NCBI GenBank assembly: GCA_964344485.1
Contig: CAYFNF010000005.1
Location: 23,455-87,454, forward strand
Direction of reading: 5' to 3'
Length of the DNA stretch: 64,000 nt
Origin: an uncultured Gammaproteobacteria bacterium
GTDB taxonomy: Bacteria > Patescibacteriota > Patescibacteriia > UBA9570 > XYC2-FULL-38-9
This document shows, piece by piece, positions 17,128-26,556 of this stretch. The notes below the pieces were generated by a model that was not told the origin of the DNA, searched no databases, and worked only from the letters and a program-made list of their open reading frames with translations. How positions within the stretch are numbered: the stretch's first letter is position 1; every line of letters begins with the position of its first letter. Position numbers and translations under genes: made by a program.

Positions 17128-17697
17128 GTGAGTGACTTTGTCAGGCGCGTGACCACGGTCAAGGCGCCTCATGGTGAATACAGGTTCACGCTGCAGAGCA
17201 CGGTGCAGCGTCGCGTCGAAGACCTCGAGGGGGCCGAAGCGCAGGCTGCGGTTCGTCGCATGCTGGAAGCGCTCGGAGTCTCCGAGGAACACGCCAACCA
17301 GATGCGTACGAACGACCTGCGAAGTGCATGCGAGGTCAAGCCGTTCCAGATCGATCATCCGGCGCAAGACGCGTACATCAACATGTCGGATCCGGCTCGT
17401 GCATCGGAACGAGTGGCCGTACCTCCCTCAGGTGGCTGCGTGCGTGCAGGTAGCGGTGCTCAAGTCGACGTGCCGCCTGGTTGTTCCCGTGTGGGCGACC
17501 AAGTGGCACCGCAGATGCCACCGCCAGCGCTCGTAGCTCTCTCGCAGAGTGCTCGGCCTGCTACCGCAGAACCGCACCTCCCGCCGGATGCGCTCCGAGA
17601 CGGCCAAGCCGTACCCGTACTCGACCCACAGCCTGTGGGACGATGGGCGCGCTTCTGCGCCTGGTGGCACCGACAGCGTCGGTCATGGGGTTGGTAG
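17128..17697 (+). CDS. Islet C: hypothetical protein (GC-rich; C-terminal half low-complexity, possibly frameshifted)
   Basis: GGAGG at 17117-17121, 6 nt before GTG 17128. First ~100 aa look globular (EYRFTLQSTVQRRVEDLEGAEAQAAVRRMLEALGVSEEHANQMRTNDLRSACEV). The remainder is Pro/Ala-rich. Several overlapping shadow ORFs exist, so strand and frame are uncertain. Confidence 0.35.
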   Translation: MSDFVRRVTTVKAPHGEYRFTLQSTVQRRVEDLEGAEAQAAVRRMLEALGVSEEHANQMRTNDLRSACEVKPFQIDHPAQDAYINMSDPARASERVAVPPSGGCVRAGSGAQVDVPPGCSRVGDQVAPQMPPPALVALSQSARPATAEPHLPPDALRDGQAVPVLDPQPVGRWARFCAWWHRQRRSWGW

Positions 17698-17748
17698 CCC
17701 AAGCGTGAACGCGCTGCTCTGACCGAGTCGGAGGAAACCGGTCTTTTT

Positions 17749-18723
17749 TTATTTCGAAAGAACTTTCACGTAGTATCCTTGCGACATTCTCTCCAAGAAC
17801 TTCTGATTATCTTTTTGAATAGACTGGTCAATTATGGACAGCCGCTGTTTTTGCCCTTCATCTACAACATATGGATCCACTACTCGAATCTTCGGTTTCA
17901 CGTGATAATCATAATCTGATGCATCTTCTTCAATAGATAGATTCTCCATATCGCTTAGCAGCTTCTTAATCTCTTTGTTATCAGAGCGCTTCATCTTTTT
18001 ATGTACCGCCTTATCTGTTGTGAACAAGTCTTCAAATGACAGAATCCCTTCTTCAATCGCGAGCTTCATAGCAGAGGCAAGCAAGTAGTACAACGCAGAC
18101 TGCAACGGGTGCGCCCATAGCTTTTCATTGGCAATACGGTACGCTTTTGTGAACTGCTTGGCTGCTTCAGTCTTCGTGAATACAATATCTCCGTCTACAA
18201 CTGAGAGGGCTTCCAACAATTCCTGTGCTTGCTGAACAGTTATCTGCTTGTCTACTACACAATCACGAAAGAAGTAATCAATGCGATCTGCGCACAGATC
18301 AGGCAGCTCTCGCTCGGCTAGAGGAAATGCACTTTTATCCAGTAGCTCCCACACAGAATACCCATGATCCTTTAACATCTTCGGGACCTCTGAATCAAAG
18401 ATGATTTTCTCTTGAAACTTTTCGTGGAAGGTCTGAGTGGTATCTTCAAACACAATGTCTGATACATGGGAGAACGCGGTGTGTGGAACATCATGCAGCA
18501 ATCCAAAGATCTGCTCTTTGACCGGCGCTTGAAAACGCTTGAGTAAATAATAGACACCGACGCTATGTTCGAATCGAGACGTCGTTAAATGTGGAAATCG
18601 AAAGATCGATGCGCCATATTGGTTCACATCTTTCAAACGCTGGATGGGCTTGCTAGATATCAACGCTTGAATGACTGGCTCATCTACAGTAAATGCTCCG
18701 TAAATGTTGTCGGTGTACTCCAT
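17749..18723 (-). CDS. HD-domain phosphohydrolase
   Basis: RFEHSVGV ... LLHDVPHTAFSH metal-binding H..HD..H..D pattern. Confidence 0.75.
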   Translation of the reverse strand: MEYTDNIYGAFTVDEPVIQALISSKPIQRLKDVNQYGASIFRFPHLTTSRFEHSVGVYYLLKRFQAPVKEQIFGLLHDVPHTAFSHVSDIVFEDTTQTFHEKFQEKIIFDSEVPKMLKDHGYSVWELLDKSAFPLAERELPDLCADRIDYFFRDCVVDKQITVQQAQELLEALSVVDGDIVFTKTEAAKQFTKAYRIANEKLWAHPLQSALYYLLASAMKLAIEEGILSFEDLFTTDKAVHKKMKRSDNKEIKKLLSDMENLSIEEDASDYDYHVKPKIRVVDPYVVDEGQKQRLSIIDQSIQKDNQKFLERMSQGYYVKVLSK

Positions 18724-18726
18724 TTG

Positions 18727-19149
18727 TTATTCGAATGTTTGTTCTAGATTGAGGAGCGGTAATCCAGAATCTAAATCCATTTCACGCTCCATTGGATGAA
18801 GTTCCTTTAAGACTATCTCCATGGTTGGTGTACAGACAGCACGCAAACAATGCCCACCGTAGGACTTGTAGTCCGCTCCGGCAATAGTGACATGGATGTG
18901 TAACTTGTCTTGCGCAACGTTTCCTAAAATACTAGTGATCTCAAACTGACCATCAGTAAAATTTTTCTTTATGTACTCCTGCTTTTCTGGATCTAATACT
19001 CCAATATCGATATCGTTCGTTCCGCCAATACCACGGAAGGATGCACCGTGAATATCTTTTTCTTTACAGAATTTTGTGATGCAGTCGAATAGCTCTTCGC
19101 CTGCCATGAGTCGGATGATATATCCTTCTTCGTGTTGTTGATACTTCAT
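18727..19149 (-). CDS. PPC/DUF296-family protein
   Basis: 140 aa. Collinear with DUF296/PPC proteins (GEELFDCITKFCKEKDIHGASFRGIGG ... FEITSILGNV). Confidence 0.55.
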   Translation of the reverse strand: MKYQQHEEGYIIRLMAGEELFDCITKFCKEKDIHGASFRGIGGTNDIDIGVLDPEKQEYIKKNFTDGQFEITSILGNVAQDKLHIHVTIAGADYKSYGGHCLRAVCTPTMEIVLKELHPMEREMDLDSGLPLLNLEQTFE

Positions 19150-19164
19150 TGTTTTTCTAATTAA

Positions 19165-19193
19165 TTAATAATAAAAGCCCTGTTTTCCAGGGC
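19165..19193 (-). terminator. Terminator-like hairpin closing the ORF-free 19.2-19.66 kb region (minus-strand orientation)
   Basis: gccctg-ttttc-cagggc (19177-19193) with an A-run on plus (T-run on minus). It lies upstream of the DUF296 gene start, so it would end a minus-strand transcript coming from 19.2-19.66 kb. Confidence 0.45.
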
Positions 19194-19667
19194 CCAACAT
19201 GGGCGGTACCACCTGAATTCCTTATGCATACACAAGGCACTCAATTTACTGTTCACGCCAGTAGTACGTCACGGTTCGCCTGTATTATAGAGTAGTTTTC
19301 CCGTGAAGCTCCTGTTGCCGACACGTTCGCAACAGTCCAAACGCTTGTACTCAATTGTACGATAATAATACTGATTGCGCTCTCTTCTGTCAATAAATGA
19401 ATCGCATTGTAGTGTTCACTTATCCCTTTATGATACTAGTCTCGCTTCTTCCGCCCCGGCCTTACTTCACTAGCATCAAATTCATGTAACGCACGCTTCG
19501 CAGTGCTAATCAGTCTAAACGCTATCTACGCTATCCATGTATAGTGTAACGCCTTCACGCTCCAGTGCGCTACGAGTAGTATCACTCTCGGGCGTCGTTC
19601 ACAATACTATGACTGCTATCTTGACCACAGCATCAAATTTCAGTATCCTTTGGGAAGATAATTATTA

Positions 19668-20477
19668 ATGTTTTTCTATATGGAAGAGGAACATAAACAC
19701 GGATCAAGAACACCAAAGTCTGTGTTTGAATGCATGCCGTCAAAATTCGCCTTCTGGGCAGGGTTTGTGACAGCAGTTGCTGCAATCTCACTCATCGGCT
19801 TAATCACTATGATTTCGCTGACAGTGAAAGGTGTAGATATGAGCAGTATCGTCGTCGCAGAAAATTCGAATACTGCAACGAAGAACACAAACAGCGGAAC
19901 AGCAAAGAATACGAACTCTGGCTCCGGAGCGGCAGCTGCCACTGGCTCAGTTGACATGGACGCTCTCACACACGTCAAAGGCGAGGGAAACCTGATCTTT
20001 ATTGAGTATTCAGACCCAGAATGCCCATACTGTCAGCGACATCGAGACACGGTAGTCTCTTTGGAAGAGCAGTATAGTGGTAAAATGAAGTTTGCGTACA
20101 AACCGTTCCCGCTAGAGAGCCTTCATCCAACAGCGCCAATGCAGATGCAAGCAACCGAGTGTGCCGATGATCAAGGCAAGTACTGGGAGTTCCTAGATAA
20201 GGTATTTGAACTCGCTACCGGAAGTCCAGCGTTACAAAGCGAAGACATGACGCAGATTGCGAGCGATCTCGGCATGGACACTTCATCTTTTGAAGAGTGT
20301 CTAACTTCTGAAAAGTATAAAACTGTAGTAAATGACAGTATTGCAGAGGCACAGGGACTTGGCGGCTCTGGCACTCCGTTCTCTGTGCTAACTGATAGTA
20401 GTGGTAAAGTACTGGCTACATTCAAAGGAGCGCAACCGTTGGAAACAATCGCTGCATCAATCGATACGTACTTATAG
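19668..20477 (+). CDS. DsbA-family thiol:disulfide oxidoreductase, membrane-anchored
   Basis: N-terminal TM. Thioredoxin fold with CPYC active site (EYSDPECPYCQRH). Confidence 0.75.
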   Translation: MFFYMEEEHKHGSRTPKSVFECMPSKFAFWAGFVTAVAAISLIGLITMISLTVKGVDMSSIVVAENSNTATKNTNSGTAKNTNSGSGAAAATGSVDMDALTHVKGEGNLIFIEYSDPECPYCQRHRDTVVSLEEQYSGKMKFAYKPFPLESLHPTAPMQMQATECADDQGKYWEFLDKVFELATGSPALQSEDMTQIASDLGMDTSSFEECLTSEKYKTVVNDSIAEAQGLGGSGTPFSVLTDSSGKVLATFKGAQPLETIAASIDTYL

Positions 20478-20489
20478 CAATAACAAAAA

Positions 20490-20530
20490 ACAGCGTTTTC
20501 AATATAATTGAAGCGCTGTTTTTTATTCTG
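20490..20530. terminator. Bidirectional terminator between the dsbA-like gene and tsaD
   Basis: cagcgttttcaat-ata-attgaagcgctg imperfect 12-bp stem followed by ttttttattctg. Confidence 0.55.
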
Positions 20531-21542
20531 CAATTTTTAATCTTGGATCTACTTGAATATTCTTCCAGTCATCGTGCTCCCCTTTGAGTACGCGCGGCAC
20601 CGCAGCAATGGCTATCATCGCTCCATTGTCAGTAAACAATCCAGGTGGAGGAATGACCACTTGTGTAGATGGAAGTGAACGCGCTGCTGTTTGTTGTAAA
20701 CGTGTTTGTAGTTCTTTGTTTGCAGATACCCCTCCACCGAGAATAATGGTCTGCGCTCCAGTCTCTTCGGCTGCAGCAATGGTTTTGGAAACTAATACTT
20801 CAATCACGCTCTCCTGAAAACTCGCTGCAATATCTGCTGTCTCTTTTTTTGATAACGGTTCGTGGTCTCGTACATGATAGAGTACTGCGGTTTTCAATCC
20901 AGCAAACGAAAAATCATAATTATCGGCATCCATCATAGGACGAGGGAATGCATGCGCATACGGATCTCCCTGCTCTGCTGCTTTAAAGATCTCCGGCCCG
21001 CCAGGATACGGCAACCCTAACATCTTTGCGACTTTGTCAAACGCTTCGCCTGCCGCATCATCACGAGTGGTCCCAAGCAGTGTGTACTTCCCTGGCTCCT
21101 CGACAAGTACTAATAACGTATGACCTCCGCTTGCAAGTAATGCAACAGCAGGAAATTCAATATCCGGGTGGTCTACAAACGTTGAAGCAATGTGAGCCTC
21201 CATGTGATTCACTGCAATTAACGGTATGTCACGTGTTGCAGCGATCGTCTTTGCAGTCTCCACACCTGTGAGTAAACACGCAATCAGTCCTGGGCCACGT
21301 GTGACGGCTATTGCATCAATTCCATCAATAGGCACCTTCGCCTCTTCCATTGCGCGGCCGATTGCTGGCATGATCGCTGTAGCATGATGACGTGCTGCAA
21401 TCTCTGGCACTACTCCCCCGGTCTCAGTGTGGTCTTGGGTAATAATAATATTCGATAAAATAGTTACAGCACCGTTTTCATCGGCTTGTATTACTGCAAC
21501 TCCAGAATCGTCACATGATGTCTCTATGCCTAGTATATTCAT
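20523..21542 (-). CDS. tsaD: tRNA N6-adenosine threonylcarbamoyltransferase TsaD (Kae1/Qri7 family)
   Basis: MNILGIETSCDDSGVAVI N-terminus, HMEAHIAS metal motif, GGGVSANKELQ. Confidence 0.9.
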   Translation of the reverse strand: MNILGIETSCDDSGVAVIQADENGAVTILSNIIITQDHTETGGVVPEIAARHHATAIMPAIGRAMEEAKVPIDGIDAIAVTRGPGLIACLLTGVETAKTIAATRDIPLIAVNHMEAHIASTFVDHPDIEFPAVALLASGGHTLLVLVEEPGKYTLLGTTRDDAAGEAFDKVAKMLGLPYPGGPEIFKAAEQGDPYAHAFPRPMMDADNYDFSFAGLKTAVLYHVRDHEPLSKKETADIAASFQESVIEVLVSKTIAAAEETGAQTIILGGGVSANKELQTRLQQTAARSLPSTQVVIPPPGLFTDNGAMIAIAAVPRVLKGEHDDWKNIQVDPRLKIAE

Positions 21543-21568
21543 ACTATTACTTTACATCCTTAATGAGT

Positions 21569-23488
21569 TCATGCAACCCGTTGGCCTACATCTTGGTGCT
21601 CCACCTCACCAATTTCATGTATCGCTCCCTGACCGCCGCGAAAAAAAGTAAAGTCTGCTATATGATAATCTCTAGGCTGCAGGCGCCTCATTATAAACTC
21701 CGCAGTAAGCGCTCCTCGCTTCCGGATTGCAGGTATAGCGTCTTGGTATTTCTGAGTTGTATAACCCAAGCTTCCTTCTTGCGCTGAGCTAATGATTGTA
21801 GGTAGTGCAACATCCCTAAAACCCGCAACTCCGGGTAATTCTGCAACAGTCATATTCTTTCGTCTCTTTCTCCCTGTACCGTATATTGTTTCCATGCGAT
21901 TTCTCATACCGTCCTCAATCTGCTTCGCCAAAATATAGCTGTGACAAGCATCGGCTATGATGACAACATCTTTAACGGTTTGAGGATCGCGTGTTTCAAT
22001 AATACGGCTCATCAATGCTGATGCAATGTTTTCAATATAAAACCCTGGCGCTCCTTCTCGCGTTGATATTCTATTCTCTTCACCATGAGTATCTAAGTAC
22101 AATACCGTTCTGCCGCGACTATCTGCAACTGCTCCATAAATATCATTTTCAATCTCGTGTGCGTCTTCCTGTGAAGTATCAACTTCAACTCTATTGCGCT
22201 TAGATACATGACAAGCATCGGCAAGGGTGTGCATTGTTTCTGGCCGCATCTGTCGTGCGCCTTCTTCATAGTATGAAAGGTGAATAAAACAGTCTGTATT
22301 CTCATCCAAAATAGGATCCATATCAAAGAGAGCTTGTCGGTCTTGTAGTAGTTGATGCACCATCTCTGCTGTAGCAACATTTGAGAATGTATAACCTGCG
22401 TGATCTTTCTGATACTCCTCTTGGCGCTTGATGCAAGCCTTAATTACAGAGTAGACCTCAGCAAGCGTACAGTTTGATTGCTCAAATACAGTGCGCACTT
22501 CTGGCACGTCTATGACAGTGCGAAATGCTTGTTGTCGTTCTGCTGTAGCCCAACCCGGCCTTCTTTCAATAGTCGCCTCAATTGACGCACGATGCTTCTC
22601 GTCCTTCTCGAGAGCTGGATCTGTATGAATACGAAGACGAGGATCAATTTCATCATCGCTTATCTCCGCTCCAGTTGGAAGAAAGTCTTCCGCGCGTGTA
22701 AAAAAATGGGTCTGTGCGAACCGCCATATCCCAAGTCGTCGTTCCTGATACTCTTCAAATAAACCATTTTCTCGTAAATACTGATATGCAATGCCTTGTG
22801 AATCAGCACGTGCAAGATGTGAAAAAACCGCTTTCACTGCTGAGATACTCCATGTCTCTGCTGCATCTAATAGTGCATACACTTCCTCCCTTGAAAACGC
22901 TGCTTGAAATGCTGTGCGGACCTCTTCCACTTCTGCAAGTGTTCGGCGCATAGGACGACCATATTCAACGGTCATTCGGTCACTAAAATCCCTAAACGGT
23001 TTAATCAACTCTGCATAACGTTCAAATTCCTCATTCGCTGCGCTGGCTATTTCTGGACGAAGCACTGCACCAGCTGCTGCTACTGTACCAACTTCTAATA
23101 CTCGCCTACGACTCATTGTGCTCGAAGCTGCTGTTGATGTATCGTCAAAAGGAACTGCTGGCTCCTCAGTACTAGATGGTTGTCCTCGTACGATTCTAGC
23201 TAGTCGCCCAAATAACCCCCGCCTTGTTATTGTCGCATGTTCTGAAATGCCTTCTAATGCTTCCTGTTCAGTCGCTGAAACTGCGACACCTTGCTCGGCT
23301 GCTTGTCGCATTACTTCTTCGCCCTCTCGCCCAAGCTCTTCTAATTCAACAGTAGCTTGCTGCTCGAATTCATGCTCCGCTTGTGCAAGGTCTCTTTCCT
23401 CAATATGAGTTTGCTCGCCTTGTCCTACAATACTACCTTCGCTATCCGCTCCTGTATCAGCTTTTTTTGTACCTAATTCTTTCTCCAT
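21569..23488 (-). CDS. Hypothetical protein (639 aa) with acidic N-terminal ~125 aa and an internal twin-arginine-like motif
   Basis: Single long ORF. SRRRVLEVGTVAAAGAVLRPEIASAANEE at about residue 128 looks like a Tat signal. No recognisable catalytic motifs. Confidence 0.55.
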   Translation of the reverse strand: MEKELGTKKADTGADSEGSIVGQGEQTHIEERDLAQAEHEFEQQATVELEELGREGEEVMRQAAEQGVAVSATEQEALEGISEHATITRRGLFGRLARIVRGQPSSTEEPAVPFDDTSTAASSTMSRRRVLEVGTVAAAGAVLRPEIASAANEEFERYAELIKPFRDFSDRMTVEYGRPMRRTLAEVEEVRTAFQAAFSREEVYALLDAAETWSISAVKAVFSHLARADSQGIAYQYLRENGLFEEYQERRLGIWRFAQTHFFTRAEDFLPTGAEISDDEIDPRLRIHTDPALEKDEKHRASIEATIERRPGWATAERQQAFRTVIDVPEVRTVFEQSNCTLAEVYSVIKACIKRQEEYQKDHAGYTFSNVATAEMVHQLLQDRQALFDMDPILDENTDCFIHLSYYEEGARQMRPETMHTLADACHVSKRNRVEVDTSQEDAHEIENDIYGAVADSRGRTVLYLDTHGEENRISTREGAPGFYIENIASALMSRIIETRDPQTVKDVVIIADACHSYILAKQIEDGMRNRMETIYGTGRKRRKNMTVAELPGVAGFRDVALPTIISSAQEGSLGYTTQKYQDAIPAIRKRGALTAEFIMRRLQPRDYHIADFTFFRGGQGAIHEIGEVEHQDVGQRVA

Positions 23489-23581
23489 ATTTCCATACTA
23501 CTGCTGCTTGCTAATTTCGACAAGTCCTAAGGAAATCGCACAAAAATAGACAACAAAGACGGCGGTATTATATAATGAAAT

Positions 23582-25813
23582 GTGGCTAAAATAATAAGTA
23601 AAGAAATATATATGACAAAAACACGACTAATCATTTGGAGTGTCTGCGTACTTGGTATTGTGGGCATGGCAACTTCAGCAAATGCTGCAGAGTATGAATA
23701 CCAAGTAGTCTCTGCGGATGATATGATCCAGTACACCGCGGAGGGCGCTAGCAACGGAGCTGGTAACGCTATCGCAACCGGGGACGTAAATAATGATGGA
23801 TATGATGACACGTTAATCGGTGCGTATCTAGAGGGCACTACTGCAGGCGCTGCATATCTCTTTCTTGGCAGCCCAGACCGTCTAGAAGGAGAGATTCCAC
23901 TAGCAACCGCAGACGCAAAGTACTCTGGTGAGGCAGTGGGTGATCAAGCAGGAACATCTGTTGCACTAGATGATATAAACGGAGACAACTTTGATGATAT
24001 TATCATCGGAGCACCAGGAGAGGCAGGAGAGTTCGCAACATACGGAGTATATAAAGGAGCAGCGTATGTCGTATTTGGCTCTGCTTCGCCTGCGTCCGCT
24101 AGCCTTGCAGATGCTGACATTAAGTACGTTGCTGAAGAGCAAGATTCCGCTGGTTCAGCCGTAGGAACAGCTGACTTTAACGGTGACGGCACTGAAGATC
24201 TATTCATTGGAGCAGAACAAGTAGACATGGCATGTAATGTTGTAAACGTTGGCTCTGTCTACGTTCAATACGGAGGCGCTCTTCCATCTGGAATCGTTGA
24301 TCTTGGTACATTAATTGAAATTTCTGCAACCATTCAAGGAAGTAGCTTTGGAACAGATATTACTTCAGGTAACTGGAACGGTGATGAATATGAAGATCTA
24401 GTCATTACTGCACCAAGCTGGGGGACAGATGAATTAGATGAAACCGATCCATTAAATCCAGTAGCAGGAAATGACTACAAAGCAGACACGGATCAAGATG
24501 ATAAAGGTGCAGTTTATGTACTGTTCGGACAAGCTGAAGTTCTGAATTCTCAGCATATTGGAACGTTTGAACCGTGTGACAACCCTGCAGAGAATCCTGT
24601 ATACACGCAAAATGTAATAGCGTACCAAGGAGTTGGTGAGTCCAAGGATGATTTCTTCGGATCTGGTGTTGCAATGGGTGATGGAGACGGAGATGGATAT
24701 GAAGATTTAGCAGTTGGAGCATTCGGATACGACTACAACAGCGTTTCTAATACTGGTGCAGTATACGTTTTATGGGGAAGCGACGCGCCTCAAACTACCT
24801 ATGCGTCAGGCGTTGGAACAGGATCTGGAATCTTTGTCCGAGACACTGGTGGAGAACTTGGAGTTGATGTTGCTATGGGTGACATTAACGGTGACGGACG
24901 ATCTGACTTATTAATTGGAAATCCAGTAGATGACACTGCAGGGCTTGGCACTGGCGGTGCATGGATCCTTCTCGGACCAGAAGAACAGACCACTACTACG
25001 TATTCGCTCGATGAAGGAGCTCCACTTCACTATACTGGTGTCACATATGAAGACCAAGCCGGGTTGTTCGGAAATGAAGTAGCAGTTGGTGACTTCGACG
25101 GAGACGGGAAAGAGGACGTATGGGTTGGAGCGTATACATATGCAGATCCAGGAGTCCTCGCTGGTCGAGCGTACCTCCACTTCCCTGAGTTCGCAGATAG
25201 CCAATGGGAGATTGATGGAGATGGAACTGACAATGACGGTGACGGTAGAGTAGATGAGCGAAATACTGAAGATGAAAACGGCGATCCTCCAGACGCAGAT
25301 ATTCAAGGAATTGCTGGTCGAACAAATGGATATGTCACTGTAACATATGATACAGATGATGGAGATGTGGTCTATCGTGAACGCGTCTTCAATCAAGACA
25401 CCAATAAGAAGACCAAGGTGAAGCGCTGGAAGCAGACCAAGTGGGCGCTCATTCTGAATGCACGAAACGGAAAGAAGCTCTCGTTGTTTAACATGAAGAC
25501 GCTCAAGAAAAAGTCCACAAAAACATTGAACTCCAGAAAGAGCTCGAATCGCTTTAAGATAAACTCATTAAAGCTGCTTGATACTCGCGATGATGATGTG
25601 AAAGATGCAGTGGTGGTGTCGAAACGTGGTAAAAAGGTTCTGGTTTCTGTAGTTAATGTGAAGATAAAGAAGAAAAAGCTAGGCAAGAAAGTAAAGATTA
25701 AAGCAACAGGAAAGAACATCAAACCAAAGAACACACGCATGTGGGAAGGAATGCTAGAGCTTCGAGATGCTGATAAGCATACCATTTACGGATATAATGT
25801 GAACGCGTACTAA
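23582..25813 (+). CDS. Secreted FG-GAP (integrin-alpha beta-propeller) repeat protein with Lys-rich C-terminal tail
   Basis: Signal peptide. Repeated GDVNNDGYDD / DINGDNFDD / DFNGDGTEDL Ca-binding FG-GAP repeats. C-terminal ~140 aa Lys-rich (KIKKKKLGKKVKIKATGKNIKPK). Confidence 0.8.
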   Translation: MAKIISKEIYMTKTRLIIWSVCVLGIVGMATSANAAEYEYQVVSADDMIQYTAEGASNGAGNAIATGDVNNDGYDDTLIGAYLEGTTAGAAYLFLGSPDRLEGEIPLATADAKYSGEAVGDQAGTSVALDDINGDNFDDIIIGAPGEAGEFATYGVYKGAAYVVFGSASPASASLADADIKYVAEEQDSAGSAVGTADFNGDGTEDLFIGAEQVDMACNVVNVGSVYVQYGGALPSGIVDLGTLIEISATIQGSSFGTDITSGNWNGDEYEDLVITAPSWGTDELDETDPLNPVAGNDYKADTDQDDKGAVYVLFGQAEVLNSQHIGTFEPCDNPAENPVYTQNVIAYQGVGESKDDFFGSGVAMGDGDGDGYEDLAVGAFGYDYNSVSNTGAVYVLWGSDAPQTTYASGVGTGSGIFVRDTGGELGVDVAMGDINGDGRSDLLIGNPVDDTAGLGTGGAWILLGPEEQTTTTYSLDEGAPLHYTGVTYEDQAGLFGNEVAVGDFDGDGKEDVWVGAYTYADPGVLAGRAYLHFPEFADSQWEIDGDGTDNDGDGRVDERNTEDENGDPPDADIQGIAGRTNGYVTVTYDTDDGDVVYRERVFNQDTNKKTKVKRWKQTKWALILNARNGKKLSLFNMKTLKKKSTKTLNSRKSSNRFKINSLKLLDTRDDDVKDAVVVSKRGKKVLVSVVNVKIKKKKLGKKVKIKATGKNIKPKNTRMWEGMLELRDADKHTIYGYNVNAY

Positions 25814-25963
25814 CAGCGCTCACTTCAGAAAGCCCCTGCCAACGCGCAGGGGTTTTTTAATTTGCACAGACTCCACAGGATTGACAAATGCATCCTGTGC
25901 TGTATACTTGGACGATTTCCTCAAGAAGAGGTAAATCAGAGCCCCAAGTCCAGGAGGGACACT

Positions 25964-26420
25964 ATGGCTCGAATCTTGATGCTCGCCGCGCTCCTGCTCG
26001 TCACCGCCTGCAAAGACAAAGGTGACACCGACCGGGGCCTGCTGGCCATCAACCACATGGGCTACACGGTCAAGGTCTGGGTCTACCAGTCCTACGACTC
26101 CACCGGAGAGCAACAGCTGTGCGTGGACCAGGACCGAACAGCAGCTCACGAGCTCCTCAACGCTCCAGGACCAGGAAGAAGATGACCTGGAGTGGGATCC
26201 CGAGGACGAGGTCGACCTGTCCGCGAACTGCGACACGGAAGACACGTCCACAGTCTGCCCCGAGGAGTTCACCCCGTGCATCATCCTGCGTGTCACCGAC
26301 ACAGAGGGCAACTGGGACGTCAAGTCCGACCCAGCCATGTGGTACGACGGCATCATCTGCCTGATCACACCCGCAGACAGCGGCGACTCCGAGCAAGGCG
26401 ACGGCATCACCTGCGGCTGA
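25964..26420 (+). pseudogene. Islet D: lipoprotein gene split by a frameshift (N-terminal lipobox part 25964-26185, acidic Cys-rich C-terminal part to 26420)
   Basis: AGGAGG (25952-25957), 6 nt, ATG 25964. MARILMLAALLLVTAC lipobox. The frame ends at 26185, while the +1 frame continues with the protein-like LQDQEEDDLEWDPEDEVDLSANCDTEDTSTVCPEEF...ITCG to 26420. Both halves are GC-rich. Confidence 0.45.
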
Positions 26421-26480
26421 ACCAACGACTGGAACAGCTCGCACCCAGCGTGCATGAATCCGTCGGGCGCTAGAACGCAC

Positions 26481-26517
26481 GCGCCACGGACCAATGCTCT
26501 TTTTTTATTGCCGAAAC
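26481..26517 (+). repeat. 38-nt direct repeat, copy 1 (gcgccacggaccaatgctctttttttattgccgaaac)
   Basis: Near-identical to 31473-31510 (1 indel, 1 substitution). Both copies are on the plus strand. Confidence 0.7.
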
Positions 26518-26556
26518 ACCCTTCGTATCACGCTGAACGTTCCACCGATCTCCCGA

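Noticed and set aside
17095-17708. Multiple alternative ORFs in islet C (17095..17367 -, 17171..17536 +, 17428..17670 -, 17460..17702 -, 17481..17708 +)
   Set aside because: Mutually overlapping shadows in GC-rich DNA. I kept only the frame with a GGAGG-GTG start and a globular N-terminal half, at low confidence.
19150-19667. Assignment of the ORF-free region to tmRNA or RNase P RNA
   Set aside because: No tRNA-like 3-prime end (GGTTCGANTCC...CCA), no ANDENYALAA-type tag reading frame ending in stop, and no RNase P P4 strands were recognisable. I kept it only as an unassigned candidate ncRNA.
26501-26510. CTTTTTTTATT tail initially suspected to be an islet-specific boundary motif (seen after islets B, C, D, F, H, I)
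   Set aside because: The same T6-8+ATT tract ends ordinary host terminators (e.g. 20519-20530 after the dsbA-like gene, 14455-14464). It is the generic U-tract of this AT-rich genome. Only the longer 38-nt repeat (26481/31473) and its partial resemblance at 17718-17745 are retained.
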